From Acidimicrobiaceae bacterium (lineage in GTDB: Bacteria > Actinomycetota > Acidimicrobiia > Acidimicrobiales > Ilumatobacteraceae): 64,000 bases of DNA. Of this stretch, positions 9,621 through 25,928 are shown one piece after another; the first letter of the stretch is position 1, and every line of letters starts with the position of its first letter. The stretch covers positions 49,315 through 113,314 of the forward strand of contig BGOG01000003.1 in assembly GCA_003569125.1 (NCBI GenBank), read 5' to 3'. The position numbers and the translations under genes are program-made. Below the pieces are notes generated by a model, which saw nothing but the letters and a program-made list of their open reading frames with translations, searched no databases and had not been told where the DNA came from.

Positions 9621-10842
9621 CTAGTTGTTTCGGGCAGCCAATGTGGCTTCGAATGTCATCCTCTTGCCATCCCGCGAAATCTCAATTTTGACTTTCTGGC
9701 CAGGAACCGCATCGCGAATCGCCGCCACAAGGCCGGCTTGCCCATCAATTGGTTCGCCATCTACCGACAGAACAATGTCGTCGACGGCAATGCCGGCATT
9801 ATCGGCAGGTGATCCCGCTCGAACATCGGTAATTATTGCGCCTTGCCCACCGTCTTCACGACCAGTCAGGCCGACCCCGAGAAAACCCTCGCGTCGTTCG
9901 ACACCGTTTGCTTGGGCGCGAAGTTGCTCGATCACGATTAAGACTTCATCCACTGAAATCGAGAATCCGATGTTCGTCGCAGCCGACTCTGAGTCTCCGC
10001 GAGCCACAGCCGTATTAATGCCGACCACTTCACCTTGCAGGTTGACCAATGGCCCGCCTGAATTGCCTGAAGAAATCGCCGCATCGGTTTGAATCAAAGA
10101 GTTCAGAGGCGCCAGATTCTGTTTCAATCGTGCGCTTCATCGCCGAAACGATGCCTGACGTGACCGTCGGACCACCATCTAAAGCAAGTGCGTAGCCAAT
10201 CGCAATTACCGCATCACCGATTTTCACGCTGCCAGGTTTGGCAAAAGTTGCGGCAACCAAACCTGTTGCTTCTACTTTTATCAAGGCAAGATCGTTGCCG
10301 ACGTCAGTCGCCAATACCTTTGCAACGCGAGGTTCGGTTTCTCCGGCAAAACGCACGACGACCGAAGTCGCACCCTCGACAACATGTGCGTTCGTCAAAA
10401 TTTCACCAGTTGATGTGAGCACAACCCCTGTGCCAATCGCACGACCACTGCCGTCGGCTTCACCCAAATTTGAAACAACCGTAACAACGCTGTTGGCAAG
10501 TCGTGTTGCAACTAACAGAATCAATGAGTCGGCTGTTTTGGTGCTGCCAGATGCGACGACTGGTGCGGCAGTAACCTGCGTTACAGATCTGTCTGCATTT
10601 GATTCGAGTAAATTTGTTTCACTCTCGACATAAGCGCCAACGATGCCACCGATCAGACCAAACATGGCGGCGAAGACGGCGAGCCCGAAAATCGCACGAC
10701 CTCGTCGCGGACGACGAGAATTATCTTGCAACGATTGCTGGTGACCGTTGAACTGCGACAACGATGGTGGTGGCAACTTTGCCGAGCCCTGATCCTGGTG
10801 CTCTGGCAGCGGTGATGAATCAAATTGCGTGTAATCGCTCAT
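9621..10842 (-). CDS. htrA: HtrA/DegP-family membrane-anchored serine protease with PDZ domain (reading frame broken once)
   Basis: ORFs 10030-10842 and 9621-10127 together give an N-terminal TM segment and a trypsin-like domain with His (TNAHVV), Asp (DLALIKV) and Ser (GNSGGPL). A C-terminal PDZ follows ([18 protein letters not shown]). The frame change lies somewhere in 10095-10125. Confidence 0.85.
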
Positions 10843-10905
10843 GACTAGTTTCTATCGTTATTTAGATGCACATTTTTGCCCGTGATCCGAAGTCTTAAAA
10901 GATTC

Positions 10906-12054
10906 TTATGCAATTTTCGGCGGTACTGCCCAATCGACATCTCTGCCTTCAAGCCTTTTCGCTATTTTTTCGGCAAGAGTCGTAATAAATGGCAAATAAA
11001 CAGTCGAGCCAGGCACAACTTCACTTGGGCCAATCACGGGCCTTCCGTAAAGCTTTTTGCCCACACGCGATGGGTCTTCGTCGACAAAAAACTTGACATC
11101 AAGTTCTAGTTCGCCGAAAAGCCATAACGCATTGATTGATGTTCCGAATATCCCAAAAGACTTTGATTTCGCAAGCGAACTAGCGTGCTGTTTTACTTCG
11201 GTCAACCAACGAACTGACTGCCCGACCCAGGTGGTGTCCGGGTTTGCGCTGTTCACACCGTGCGAACCGTGCAAACTGGTCGCACTAGTCGCCGTTTTAA
11301 TTGGTTTGCAAACCGCCCAACACTCGCGAGTTTCAATTCGAGACTCAATGCGAACAACTTCAAAGCCCGCCTTTTCAAGAAATATTTTGAGGGTCAGCAC
11401 CGAAAAATGCGAACAGTGGTCGGCGATAAGCAACTTAAACGGGTCTTTCGAGCAATCCGGAACGGCGATAACAAGATGTCCGCTGTCGTTCAACATTGCA
11501 CCCAACGACTTCATTGTTTCAAATGGCGAAACGAGATGTTCAAGCGAGTGCGACATTGAGATCAAGTCGAATTTCAAGTTCTTGTCAAGTTCACCAACGA
11601 GAAGTTTTTTGAAATTTGGTATCTCTGAAAGTTTTTTCAACTCACGATCGTCCAGATCAAATCCAAAAAGATTGAAATCGCCTCGTAATTTCGCAAACGA
11701 CCATAACAATGTGCCGGCGCCACAACCAAAATCAAGAACTGCGCCGCCTTGTCTGGTTTTGCTCGTTTGAACCACTGAATCAACAAACAAATCACCACGA
11801 CCAGATGCGGCACCATCAATAAATACAGTTTGGTCGTTATCGCTGGTCTGATAATACGACGCGTAATCGCTGTAAATTTCGGATGCGGATTTCTGCCATT
11901 CATCTGTCACTTCGGCCTGCGGAAACCCGCAATCTTTGCAGACGGCGATGTTCAAGCCACGACGCCAAGGTTTGACATCTGAAGTGATGGTGCGAAAGTC
12001 AGAAAACGAGGGCTCTCGAATAAGGGTCGTGCCCTCACAATAAATGCACTTCAT
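10906..12054 (-). CDS. Zn-ribbon + class I SAM-dependent methyltransferase with extra C-terminal domain (sugar C-methyltransferase-like architecture)
   Basis: 382 aa. Has an N-terminal CxxC...CxxC (MKCIYCEG...VCKDCGF) and SAM motif VLDFGCGAGTLL, plus ~130 additional C-terminal residues. The architecture recalls TylCIII-type NDP-hexose C-methyltransferases (from memory, not searched). Confidence 0.7.
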   Translation of the reverse strand: MKCIYCEGTTLIREPSFSDFRTITSDVKPWRRGLNIAVCKDCGFPQAEVTDEWQKSASEIYSDYASYYQTSDNDQTVFIDGAASGRGDLFVDSVVQTSKTRQGGAVLDFGCGAGTLLWSFAKLRGDFNLFGFDLDDRELKKLSEIPNFKKLLVGELDKNLKFDLISMSHSLEHLVSPFETMKSLGAMLNDSGHLVIAVPDCSKDPFKLLIADHCSHFSVLTLKIFLEKAGFEVVRIESRIETRECWAVCKPIKTATSATSLHGSHGVNSANPDTTWVGQSVRWLTEVKQHASSLAKSKSFGIFGTSINALWLFGELELDVKFFVDEDPSRVGKKLYGRPVIGPSEVVPGSTVYLPFITTLAEKIAKRLEGRDVDWAVPPKIA

Positions 12055-12067
12055 TGATCTAAAACCC

Positions 12068-12091
12068 TAGATATAAAAGATAGATATAAAA
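12068..12091. repeat. Direct repeat tagatataaaa x2 in AT-rich spacer
   Basis: Copies at 12068-12078 and 12081-12091, inside the 92-nt rpsJ-to-methyltransferase spacer. Confidence 0.7.
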
Positions 12092-12146
12092 ACCAGATCT
12101 AAGAATTAAACGCAAATTATAAGCCTGCGGCGAATGTCTGAATTTT

Positions 12147-12461
12147 TTAGGAGTTTTGGATTTTGATTTCGATATCAACGCCAGCAGGAAGTTCTAAACG
12201 CTGAAGACTGTCGATGGTCTTTGCATTCGGATCAACAATGTCAATCAATCGTTTGTGAATTCGCATTTCGAAGTGTTCGCGCGAGTCTTTGTCGACGTGC
12301 GGACCACGAATAACCGTGAAACGATGTTTGTCGGTCGGTAATGGAATCGGTCCACGCACCGTCGCACTCGTGCGAGTCACCGTTTCGACGATTTTCTTTG
12401 CAGATTCGTCGATATTTTGGTGATCGAACGCCTTGAGACGGATGCGGATGCTTTGTGCCAT
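12147..12461 (-). CDS. rpsJ: 30S ribosomal protein S10
   Basis: 104 aa. [43 protein letters not shown]. Confidence 0.95.
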   Translation of the reverse strand: MAQSIRIRLKAFDHQNIDESAKKIVETVTRTSATVRGPIPLPTDKHRFTVIRGPHVDKDSREHFEMRIHKRLIDIVDPNAKTIDSLQRLELPAGVDIEIKIQNS

Positions 12462-12486
12462 CAGGATGAACCGGTTCTAGAACGAT

Positions 12487-13671
12487 CTACTTGAGGATCT
12501 TCGTTACGCGACCGGCACCAACTGTGCGGCCACCTTCGCGAATTGCGAAGCGGAGACCTTCAACCATGGCGATTGCCTTGCCGAGTTCAACTGTCATTGT
12601 CACGTTGTCGCCAGGCATAACCATTTCGGTACCCTTTGGCAATTCAACGGTTCCGGTTACGTCGGTTGTTCGAAAGAAGAACTGTGGTCGGTAGTTGTTG
12701 AAGAAAGGCTTGTGGCGTCCGCCTTCTTCTTTCTTCAATACGTAGACCTGACCCTCGAAGTTTGTGTGTGGAGTAATTGAACCTGGTGCGCAAAGCACCT
12801 GGCCACGCTCGACTTCTTCTTTCTTAGTGCCGCGCAAAAGCGCACCAATGTTGTCGCCTGCTTGACCTTCATCAAGCAACTTACGGAACATTTCTACACC
12901 CGTACAAACTGTCTTTTGTGTGTCACGAAGTCCGACGATTTCGATTTCGTCACCTGTGTGAACTTTTCCTTGCTCAACTTTGCCGGTCACGACGGTTCCA
13001 CGACCAGTGATCGTGAACACGTCTTCAATTGGCATCAAGAATGGTTTGTCAAGTTCACGCTTTGGCTCTGGGATCGAAGCATCACATGCAGCCATGAGAT
13101 CCATGATCTTTTCTTGCCAAGCGGCATCGCCTTCAAGGGCTTTGAGCGCCGATACGCGAACGACCGGGCAATTCTTGCCATCGAACTCGTACGAGGTGAG
13201 CAAGTCACGAACTTCTTCTTCAACGAGTTGCAACATGTCTTCGTCATCAACTGAGTCTGACTTGTTGAGGGCGACAACGATGTATGGCACACCAACTTGA
13301 CGAGCAAGAAGAACGTGCTCACGAGTTTGTGGCATCGGGCCGTCGGTTGCGGCTACTACCAAGATTGCACCGTCTACCTGTGCGGCACCAGTGATCATGT
13401 TCTTGATGTAGTCGGCGTGACCTGGCATGTCGACGTGTGCGTAGTGACGCTTCTCGGTGTTGTACTCAATGTGAGCGATCGAGATGGTGATACCACGAGC
13501 TTTTTCTTCTGGTGCCTTGTCGATCTGGTCGAACGGTGTGTACTCAGCGAGACCTTTGCTTGCGAGCGTCTTTGAAATTGCTGCAGTAAGTGTTGTTTTG
13601 CCGTGGTCAATGTGGCCCATCGTTCCGATGTTTACGTGTGGCTTGACGCGCTCAAATTTCGCTTTACTCAT
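12487..13671 (-). CDS. tuf: Elongation factor Tu
   Basis: 394 aa. [34 protein letters not shown]. Confidence 0.97.
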   Translation of the reverse strand: MSKAKFERVKPHVNIGTMGHIDHGKTTLTAAISKTLASKGLAEYTPFDQIDKAPEEKARGITISIAHIEYNTEKRHYAHVDMPGHADYIKNMITGAAQVDGAILVVAATDGPMPQTREHVLLARQVGVPYIVVALNKSDSVDDEDMLQLVEEEVRDLLTSYEFDGKNCPVVRVSALKALEGDAAWQEKIMDLMAACDASIPEPKRELDKPFLMPIEDVFTITGRGTVVTGKVEQGKVHTGDEIEIVGLRDTQKTVCTGVEMFRKLLDEGQAGDNIGALLRGTKKEEVERGQVLCAPGSITPHTNFEGQVYVLKKEEGGRHKPFFNNYRPQFFFRTTDVTGTVELPKGTEMVMPGDNVTMTVELGKAIAMVEGLRFAIREGGRTVGAGRVTKILK

Positions 13672-13733
13672 TGTTCTTCTCCCTAATTAATTGTCGTTAT
13701 CTTTAGTTACTGCTGAAAATTTGGCTTGCTTGA

Positions 13734-15817
13734 CTATTCGCCACGCACGCGCTTGATGATTTCTATTGATATTGCTTCGGGCACTTGCTGATACGAATGA
13801 AACTGCATCGTATAAGTCGCACGCCCTTGTGTGCGAGAACGCAGATCTGTACTGTATCCGAACATTTCCGAAAGCGGAACCTGCGACTTGACGATTTGTG
13901 CATTGCCGTTTGCTTCCATGCCTTCAATGCGACCACGACGGCTTGAAAGATCGCCAATTACGTCACCCATGTAGTCCTCTGGAGTAACCACTTCGACGGC
14001 CATAATCGGCTCAAGAAGTACTGGTTTGGCAAGTTGGGCTGCCTTGCGAAACACCATCTGACCAGCAATTTTGAAAGCCATTTCACTTGAGTCAACGTCG
14101 TGATACTGACCGTCCATCAGTGAAACTTTTACGTCCACCGTTGGGTAGCCAGCAAGGACGCCGTTATCTAGTGCCGATTGAATACCTTGGTTTACTGGCT
14201 GAATATATTCACGTGGAATTCGACCACCGGTGATTTCATCTTCAAATTGATATCCGCCGCCTGGACCACTTGGCTCGATTGTTACTTTGACCACCGCGAA
14301 TTGACCAGAACCACCAGTTTGTTTGATGTGTCGGTATTCGATGTTCTCAATTTTCTTGGTAATCGTTTCGCGATATGCAACTTGAGGCTTACCAACAGTT
14401 GCATCTACGGCGAACTCGCGTTGCATTCGGTCTACAAGAATTTCAAGATGCAACTCACCCATTCCTGAAATTACTGTCTGGCCAGTTTCGATATCTGTAC
14501 GCACGCGGAAAGTTGGATCTTCGTCAGACAACGACTTGAGTGCCTTGCCGAGTTTGTCTTGATCGTTCTTGGTTTTTGGCTCGATCGCAACGTGGATAAC
14601 AGGCTCAGGGAAAATCATTCGCTCTAAAATGATCGGGTTTTCGCGATCGCAAAGAGTGTCGCCGGTTGTCACATCTTTGAAACCGAGACCTGCAACGATG
14701 TCTCCTGCCATTGCGAATTCGATGTCTTCGCGTTGGTTCGCATGCATCAACAACAATCGACCGACACGCTCACGCTTTTCTTTGACCGAGTTATAAACCT
14801 CGTCACCCTTAGTGATCGTGCCTGAATAAACACGGAAGTAAGTGAGGCGGCCAAACGGGTCGGCAACAATCTTGAACGCGAGCGCCGCAAATGGACCCTT
14901 TCGTTCGAGTCGCGAGTGATGTGCTCGTCGCCCTTGATGTTTGTGCCAGTTGCAGGCGGAATGTCAATCGGACATGGCATGTAGTCGACAACTGCGTCGA
15001 GCATTTGTTGCACACCTTTATTTTTGAAAGCTGAACCGCACAAAATTGGCACGAAACTGAAAGCCAAAGTTCCTTTACGAAGGCCCGCACGCAAGTCTTC
15101 TTCGCTGAGGTCGTCATTCGCCAAGAACTTCTCCATGAGTTGTTCGTCTTCGGACGCGACTAGGTCTAGTAATTCGGCGCGGTACTCTTTGGCCTTGTCG
15201 AGGTAATCGGCAGGTATTTCTTCTTCGTGATATTCAGAATCTTTTTCGTCACCATCCCAGACGATTGATTTCATTTTTACGATGTCAATCAAACCTTTGA
15301 AGTTGGCCTCGGCACCAAATGGCAATTGCAATACTGCTGGCACTGTGGCGAGACGATCTTTGATCATGTCGAGAGTGCGATAAAAGTTTGCGCCTGTGCG
15401 ATCCATTTTGTTGATGAAACACATTCGCGGAACTTTGTATTTGTTGGCTTGACGCCAAACGGTCTCGGTTTGTGGTTCAACACCGGCAACCGAGTCAAAA
15501 ACTGCAACCGCGCCGTCGAGCACGCGCAGTGAACGCTCTACTTCAATTGTGAAGTCAACGTGACCCGGAGTATCGATGATGTTGATGCGGTGTCCGCGCC
15601 AAACTGCAGTCGTCGCGGCAGAAGTAATTGTGATGCCGCGCTCTTGCTCTTGAACCATGAAGTCCATGACGGCGGCACCTTCGTGCACTTCACCTATTTT
15701 GTATGTCTTGCCGGTGTAGTAAAGAACTCGTTCAGTAGTTGTGGTTTTACCTGCATCGATGTGCGCCATGATGCCGATGTTCCGATATTTTTCAAGAGGA
15801 TATTCACGTGATGCCAT
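13734..15817 (-). CDS. fusA: Elongation factor G (reading frame broken once)
   Basis: ORFs 14747-15817 ([12 protein letters not shown]...) and 13734-14756. They join as ...[31 protein letters not shown]... if the ttt run at 14899-14901 is one base short. Confidence 0.95.
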
Positions 15818-15847
15818 TGGGGGTTACCTAAAAAGTCTTGCTCGGTT

Positions 15848-16318
15848 TTACCAGCGGTAGTGAGCGAACGCTTTGTTCGACTCCGCCATTTTTTGCATAT
15901 CTTCGCGCTTCTTCATTGATGCACCAAGCCCATTGGACGCGTCCATCAATTCGCTGGCGAGACATTCGGCCATCGTCTTCTCGCGACGACTGCGCGCATT
16001 TTCGACAATCCAACGAATCGCCAAAGTTGTTGCACGACGAGGTCGCACTTCGACGGGCACTTGGTAAGTTGCACCACCAACGCGGCGACTGCGAACTTCT
16101 AGCGGTGGCTTGACATTGTCGACGGCGCGCTTGACCGCGGTGAGCGGCTCTGCACCCATTTTTGCCTCCATGACTTTCATTGCGTCATAGACAATCGATT
16201 CGGCGATGCTTTTTTTGCCGTGCAACATAACTTTGTTGACGATCTGAGTCACAAGTGAAGAGCGATAAACAGGATCTGCTGCGAACTCGCGTCGGGTTAC
16301 TGGACCTTTACGTGGCAT
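15848..16318 (-). CDS. rpsG: 30S ribosomal protein S7
   Basis: Start set to ATG 16318 ([25 protein letters not shown]). The longer ORF-track start would overlap rpsL. Confidence 0.95.
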   Translation of the reverse strand: MPRKGPVTRREFAADPVYRSSLVTQIVNKVMLHGKKSIAESIVYDAMKVMEAKMGAEPLTAVKRAVDNVKPPLEVRSRRVGGATYQVPVEVRPRRATTLAIRWIVENARSRREKTMAECLASELMDASNGLGASMKKREDMQKMAESNKAFAHYRW

Positions 16319-16328
16319 AAATAAACCT

Positions 16329-16700
16329 TTACTTGCTCTTCTTCGCGCCATAACGGCTACGAGATTGCTTGCGGTCTTTGACTCCGGCGGCATCAAGCGC
16401 GCCACGAATAACTTTGTAACGAACACCTGGCAAGTCGCGAACACGACCGCCACGCACAAGCACGATTGAGTGCTCTTGCAAGTTGTGTCCTTCGCCAGGG
16501 ATGTAGGCGGTAATTTCTACACCGCTAGTCAGACGCACACGCGCAACTTTGCGCAATGCCGAGTTCGGCTTTTTTGGAGTAGTTGTAAAAACGCGCGTGC
16601 ATACTCCGCGACGCTGAGGAGAACCCTTGAGTGCCGGAGTCTTGGTCTTTGAAGACTTCGAACTACGACCCTGACGGATCAACTGTTGAATTGTGGGCAC
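16329..16700 (-). CDS. rpsL: 30S ribosomal protein S12
   Basis: 123 aa. [12 protein letters not shown]...[16 protein letters not shown]...[19 protein letters not shown]. Confidence 0.97.
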   Translation of the reverse strand: MPTIQQLIRQGRSSKSSKTKTPALKGSPQRRGVCTRVFTTTPKKPNSALRKVARVRLTSGVEITAYIPGEGHNLQEHSIVLVRGGRVRDLPGVRYKVIRGALDAAGVKDRKQSRSRYGAKKSK

Positions 16701-16939
16701 GCAAACGACCTTTTTTGAATTGCTGTTACGGAAAACTACCTATTCGAAACCACCCGCAAACGGGACAGTGAATACTACGGTTCAATCGCGCGTCTCGGCA
16801 ACCTGCCCGTAATCGTTTTTAGGGTGATGCCACAACGAAGTATTGACCGCCCAACGGAATCCGCTTCAAGACCGGGTCTAGTTTCGCCAGCGCCTTCAGC
16901 GGCTCTGGGAAGAAAGAGCAATACCCAGTTTCGCGAATC

Positions 16940-17491
16940 TTAAACCCACAGTCCTCGGCTGAATAATTTTTTTATGTCGCGCATCGAGATCAATTCGGCA
17001 TCCACATCCATCGGGCAATTCGAAACAATTCGTCGTGTCAGCGGGTTATGGGTGTTGTGTTCAATCACGACCAGGCAACCCTGTTGCTTTAGGTTCGCAC
17101 GCAAGTTTTCAAGAATCTCAACGCGGGCGCTAGCCGTAATGTGGTGCAGTACGGTCGACATGAAAATTATGTCGAACTTTTCGGTCGTATTTAACGCTGA
17201 ATCAATGATCTTGACCTGTTGGAACTTGGCCAAAACCAACTGTAGTGAAACTTCTGAAACATCGGTTGCAAATATATTTGAACCAGAAAACTGTTCGAGT
17301 AAATACGGCAACGACAGACCCACACCACAACCAAAGTCAAGAATATTTAGACCAGTGCCACTTCGCGCCGTGCGACTTTTTAGCAGACGAACTTTGTATT
17401 CGGCTTGGTATTCATCGCTGGTACGTGTCAGCGCAAGGCTGTTGCGCAACGACTCGTGATAGTTCTCGGCAAACTTGTCGAACTCTGCCAT
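16940..17491 (-). CDS. Small class I SAM-dependent methyltransferase
   Basis: 183 aa. SAM motif I is NILDFGCGVGLSL, followed by IIFMSTVLHH and GCLVVIEHN. It begins 23 nt downstream of the rpoC stop. Confidence 0.75.
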   Translation of the reverse strand: MAEFDKFAENYHESLRNSLALTRTSDEYQAEYKVRLLKSRTARSGTGLNILDFGCGVGLSLPYLLEQFSGSNIFATDVSEVSLQLVLAKFQQVKIIDSALNTTEKFDIIFMSTVLHHITASARVEILENLRANLKQQGCLVVIEHNTHNPLTRRIVSNCPMDVDAELISMRDIKKLFSRGLWV

Positions 17492-17514
17492 GTGAGAAGA
17501 ACCTTAATTCTTTT

Positions 17515-21594
<4,080 letters not shown>

Positions 21595-21601
21595 TTAATC
21601 A

Positions 21602-24600
21602 TTAGTAAGCCTTCTCGCGTCGTCGCTCGCGTTCACGGTCGTCTGCATCAGAACCGCGTTCGTTGCGGCTGATGTCGATGCCAAGCTCGCGCACTGCAGT
21701 GAACACTTCTTCGTCGAGATCTGTGAGCTCAACTTGCTTGCCCTCATGCGAGATAACTTCTACGTCGAGACAAAGTGCTTGCATTTCTTTCATCAACACT
21801 TTGAAACTCTCCGGAATACCAGGCTCCGGAATGTTGTCGCCCTTGACAATTGCTTCGTAAACGCGAACTCGTCCGAGTACGTCGTCGCTCTTGATCGTCA
21901 AAAGTTCTTGCAAGCAATATGCGGCGCCGTAGGCCTCGAGTGCCCACACTTCCATTTCTCCGAAACGCTGTCCACCGAATTGTGCTTTTCCGCCCAATGG
22001 TTGTTGCGTGATCATCGAGTATGGACCAGTTGATCGCGCGTGAATCTTGTCGTCAACCAAGTGGTTGAGTTTCAAGATGTACATATAGCCAACTGTGATT
22101 GGGTTGTCGTAGGCGTCACCGGTGCGGCCGTTGCGAAGAACCGTCTTGCCGTCGTCGCCGATCATTCGCTTGCCGTCTACCGACTCTGGGTTCAAGTTTC
22201 GCAGAATCGATTGAATCGTCGGATGTGAACCGGCTTGATCGTCTTCATCCCAATGTGCACCGTCGAAAACCGGTGTTGCCACAAAAGTCGCCGGCGGTGT
22301 CGACGGACGAGTTTTTGATTCTGTACCACGAACCGGGTTCGCACCGACGGTCTTATTGTTCTTTTCGTCGAACCAACCCCATCTGGCGCAATAACCCAAG
22401 TGGGCTTCAAGAACCTGACCGATGTTCATTCGGCTCGGCACACCAAGTGGATTCAAAATAATGTCGACCGGTGTTCCGTCTTCGAGATATGGCATGTCTT
22501 CAACAGGCAGAATCTTTGAGATAACACCCTTGTTGCCGTGACGACCAGCGAGTTTGTCACCGACGCTGATCTTTCGCTTTTGTGCAACGTGAATTTTGAC
22601 GATTTGATTGACGCCTGGTGGCAATTCGTCACCCGGCAAGTCGTCACCTTCTGCGGCACGCTTGAGAACTTTGACGTCGATTACTTTGCCGCCTTCTCCG
22701 TGCGGAACCTTGAGTGATGTATCGCGAACTTCCTTCGACTTTTCGCCGAAGATCGCGCGCAACAAACGCTCTTCTGGCGTCAGTTCGGTTTCACCTTTGG
22801 GTGTTACTTTGCCAACGAGCACATCGCCTGGCCCAACTTCGGCACCAACACGAATGATTCCGCGATCGTCGAGGTCGGCGAGAATTTCTTCGGACAAGTT
22901 CGGAATGTCACGGCTGATTTCTTCTGCGCCAAGTTTTGTATCGCGCGCATCAACTTCGTATTCGTGAATGTGAATCGAAGTAAGCACATCTTCTTTGACC
23001 AAACGCTCCGACAAGATGATTGCGTCTTCGAAGTTGTAGCCCTCCCATGGCATCAGCGCTACGAGCAGGTTTTTGCCGAGTGCGAGTTCGCCCTCGTCGG
23101 TGCTCGGGCCGTCGGCAAGCAGGTCGCCTTTTGAAATTTTTTGTCCTTCTTTGACGCGAATCACTTGGTTGATGCAAGTGTCTTGGTTTGAACGCAAGAA
23201 CTTAGACAACTTGTGTTCGTGTTCGCGCTTCGGCAAGTTCTCGTATTTGACGACGATCGTCGCACCGGTGATCGACTCGACGACACCATCGTCTTTTGCC
23301 AAAATCAAATCGGCTCCGTCTCGTGCGGCACGAGCTTCAACACCAGTACCGATATACGGTGCTTCGGCGCGAATCAATGGCACGGCTTGACGCTGCATGT
23401 TTGCACCCATCAACGCACGGTTCGCGTCGTCGTGCTCAAGGAATGGAATCAATGCGGTTGCAATCGAAACGATTTGCTTCGGTGAAACGTCGATGAAGTC
23501 AACTTCGTCCGGCGTTACGAGACCGATGTCGGTTGTTGCGCCGAAGAAACTTTCTGCTTCGAGCATCTTCTTGAGGTCTTCCAAACTTGCTGCCTGTGGC
23601 GAACGACGAACCAGAACGCGATCGTCGCGAAAGCGACCGTCTGGCAAAATTGGTGTGTTGGCCTGCGCAACGACATAATTTTCTTCTTCGTCGGCAGCCA
23701 TATATTTAATTTCGTTGGTTACGAAACCACCCTTGACTCGGCGGTACGGAGTTTCGATGAAACCAAACGGATTAATTCGCGCGTAAGTCGACAACGCACC
23801 GATCAGACCAATGTTCGGGCCTTCTGGTGTCTCGATGGGGCACATTCGACCGTAGTGAGAAAAGTGAACGTCTCGCACTTCGAAACCTGCACGCTCACGG
23901 CTGAGTCCGCCTGGTCCGAGAGCCGAAAGTCGGCGACGGTGGGTCAAACCCGATAGTGGATTGACTTGGTCCATGAACTGTGACAACTGGGAGGTTCCGA
24001 AGAACTCTTTGATTGCGGCAACGACCGGCCGCACATTGATCAAGGTCTGCGGCGAAATCGCCTCAGAATCTTGGGTCGTCATGCGCTCACGAACAACACG
24101 CTCCATTCGCGACAAACCAATTCGAACTTGGTTCTGAATCAATTCGCCAACTGAACGAATACGACGGTTGGCAAAGTGGTCTTGGTCGTCAAGCCGGTAA
24201 CCAGGCTCTTGTTTGACCAAGTGCAACATATAAGAAATGGTCGCCAAAACTTCGCAACGGCTCAACACATCCTGGTCTTCTGCAGGAAGGTCAAGTTGAC
24301 CTAGTTCGGTGCCCGTCTTGAGACCAAACATTTCTTGAATCTTCTTTACTTCTCCACCAAGTTTGCGGTTCAGTTTGTAGCGACCAACTCGTGACAAGTT
24401 GTAACGCACACCAAAGAACGCCTGTTCAAAATAAACTCGAGCCGCTTCAACGTTCTGCGGCTCGCTTGGGCGTGCACGCTTGTAAATTTCGAGCAACGCT
24501 TCTTCGCGAGTCGGCGCGATCAACTTCTCGCGGCGCCACTGATCTTCAAGAAAGTCGAAATAATTGACGAAACGATCAATGAAACCTGGCGCATTTAATT

Positions 24601-25237
24601 CGTCGTAACCCAGCGCACGAATGATTGTGAACACACCCATGCGACGCTTACGGGCCACGCGAGTACCTGCTGTTACTTCTTTGCCCGGCTTGTGCTCGAC
24701 ATCGAACTCGAGCCACTCACCACGGCTCGGGTGAATCGTGCCCTTGACGAGTTGATACTTCGACAAGTTACGCAAACGAAAACGCTCGCCTGGTTCAAAA
24801 ATTACGCCAGGTGAACGAACCAACTGAGAAACAACAACGCGCTCGGTGCCGTTGATGATGAACGTTCCCTTGTCGGTCATCTTCGGAAAATCACCAATGA
24901 AAACTGTCTGCTCTTTTATTTCGCCCGTCGGACGGTTCAAAAATTTGGCTTTAACGAACTTTGGCACAGAATAAGTCATGTCACGATCGCGACACTCTGC
25001 TTCTGTAAACTTCGGCTTCGGGTTTAGATCTGCATCATCCGGATCAAAAGTAAGTTCAAGCTGGAGATCGTCACTCACACCCTTGACTGGCGAAATATCT
25101 TCAAACACTTCTCGCAAACCTTCGGTAAGAAACCACTCGAAGCTTTCGCGTTGTACGCCGATTAAATTCGGGATTTCCATTGCATCAGATAGTGTTGCGA
25201 ACGAATAACGTTCGCGTGCATCAGCACGAAGGGCCAC
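21602..25237 (-). CDS. rpoB: RNA polymerase beta subunit
   Basis: Single 1211-aa ORF with a GTG start. Typical RpoB blocks are present ([29 protein letters not shown]). Confidence 0.97.
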   Translation of the reverse strand: MALRADARERYSFATLSDAMEIPNLIGVQRESFEWFLTEGLREVFEDISPVKGVSDDLQLELTFDPDDADLNPKPKFTEAECRDRDMTYSVPKFVKAKFLNRPTGEIKEQTVFIGDFPKMTDKGTFIINGTERVVVSQLVRSPGVIFEPGERFRLRNLSKYQLVKGTIHPSRGEWLEFDVEHKPGKEVTAGTRVARKRRMGVFTIIRALGYDELNAPGFIDRFVNYFDFLEDQWRREKLIAPTREEALLEIYKRARPSEPQNVEAARVYFEQAFFGVRYNLSRVGRYKLNRKLGGEVKKIQEMFGLKTGTELGQLDLPAEDQDVLSRCEVLATISYMLHLVKQEPGYRLDDQDHFANRRIRSVGELIQNQVRIGLSRMERVVRERMTTQDSEAISPQTLINVRPVVAAIKEFFGTSQLSQFMDQVNPLSGLTHRRRLSALGPGGLSRERAGFEVRDVHFSHYGRMCPIETPEGPNIGLIGALSTYARINPFGFIETPYRRVKGGFVTNEIKYMAADEEENYVVAQANTPILPDGRFRDDRVLVRRSPQAASLEDLKKMLEAESFFGATTDIGLVTPDEVDFIDVSPKQIVSIATALIPFLEHDDANRALMGANMQRQAVPLIRAEAPYIGTGVEARAARDGADLILAKDDGVVESITGATIVVKYENLPKREHEHKLSKFLRSNQDTCINQVIRVKEGQKISKGDLLADGPSTDEGELALGKNLLVALMPWEGYNFEDAIILSERLVKEDVLTSIHIHEYEVDARDTKLGAEEISRDIPNLSEEILADLDDRGIIRVGAEVGPGDVLVGKVTPKGETELTPEERLLRAIFGEKSKEVRDTSLKVPHGEGGKVIDVKVLKRAAEGDDLPGDELPPGVNQIVKIHVAQKRKISVGDKLAGRHGNKGVISKILPVEDMPYLEDGTPVDIILNPLGVPSRMNIGQVLEAHLGYCARWGWFDEKNNKTVGANPVRGTESKTRPSTPPATFVATPVFDGAHWDEDDQAGSHPTIQSILRNLNPESVDGKRMIGDDGKTVLRNGRTGDAYDNPITVGYMYILKLNHLVDDKIHARSTGPYSMITQQPLGGKAQFGGQRFGEMEVWALEAYGAAYCLQELLTIKSDDVLGRVRVYEAIVKGDNIPEPGIPESFKVLMKEMQALCLDVEVISHEGKQVELTDLDEEVFTAVRELGIDISRNERGSDADDRERERRREKAY

Positions 25238-25446
25238 GAGTGTACTCCTAGGTTAAGAACTTGGCAAGCAGGGAATTTGCAATGAATTACCCTCTGAAAA
25301 ACTTTTTGAGTTAGTCAGGGGGCGAAGCACGGCGATTTACGAGCCTATCTGTGTTAGGGATCAGAAAACATAGCCAACAGCGATGTTTTGTCTCCAATCA
25401 CAAATTTTGGTGATTTTCACCAAACTCGCAAATTAGGACCATGGTC

Positions 25447-25468
25447 GGCGTCCGGGAACCCGGACGCC
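25447..25468 (-). terminator. GC-rich hairpin between rplL and rpoB (candidate attenuator)
   Basis: ggcgtccggg-aa-cccggacgcc is a 10-bp perfect inverted repeat 12 nt after the rplL stop. No clear U-tract follows on the minus strand, so only partial termination is plausible. Confidence 0.35.
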
Positions 25469-25479
25469 TCGACCACGAA

Positions 25480-25860
25480 TTAAGCGAGTTCGACGGTTGC
25501 GCCGGCCTCTTCGAGCTTGGCCTTCGCCTTTGCGGCGTCGTCCTTGCTTGCCTTTTCTAGAACAGGCTTTGGTGCACCGTCAACAAGGTCTTTGGCTTCT
25601 TTGAGACCCAGTGAAGTGAGTTCGCGAACAGCCTTAATCACGGCAATCTTCTGAGCGCCGCCATCTTTCAAGATGACCGTGAACTCGTCTTTCTCGGCCG
25701 CTGCGTCACCGGCAGGTGCTGCTCCGCCTGCTGCTGCAACCGCCACTGGGGCTGCTGCTGAAACGCCGAACTTGGTTTCGAACGCATCAAGAAGGTCTTT
25801 GAGCTCAAGAACCGTGAGTTCTGAGATTCCGTCAAGGATCTGATCTTTTGTAAGTGCCAT
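25480..25860 (-). CDS. rplL: 50S ribosomal protein L7/L12
   Basis: 126 aa. [33 protein letters not shown]...[11 protein letters not shown]. Confidence 0.95.
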   Translation of the reverse strand: MALTKDQILDGISELTVLELKDLLDAFETKFGVSAAAPVAVAAAGGAAPAGDAAAEKDEFTVILKDGGAQKIAVIKAVRELTSLGLKEAKDLVDGAPKPVLEKASKDDAAKAKAKLEEAGATVELA

Positions 25861-25928
25861 GTCTTTTTTCTCCTGTTTTGTTTGTTTCGTTATTAGTTTC
25901 GTTAATTATTTTTTAATTTCTTAAACCG

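Noticed and set aside
14890-14910. Programmed ribosomal frameshifting or recoding as the explanation for the split fusA (and likewise rpoC, nusG and others).
   Set aside because: No slippery heptamer or downstream structure is visible. The breaks are of both signs, occur in about 20 unrelated genes and track mononucleotide runs. This is the pattern expected of consensus indel error.
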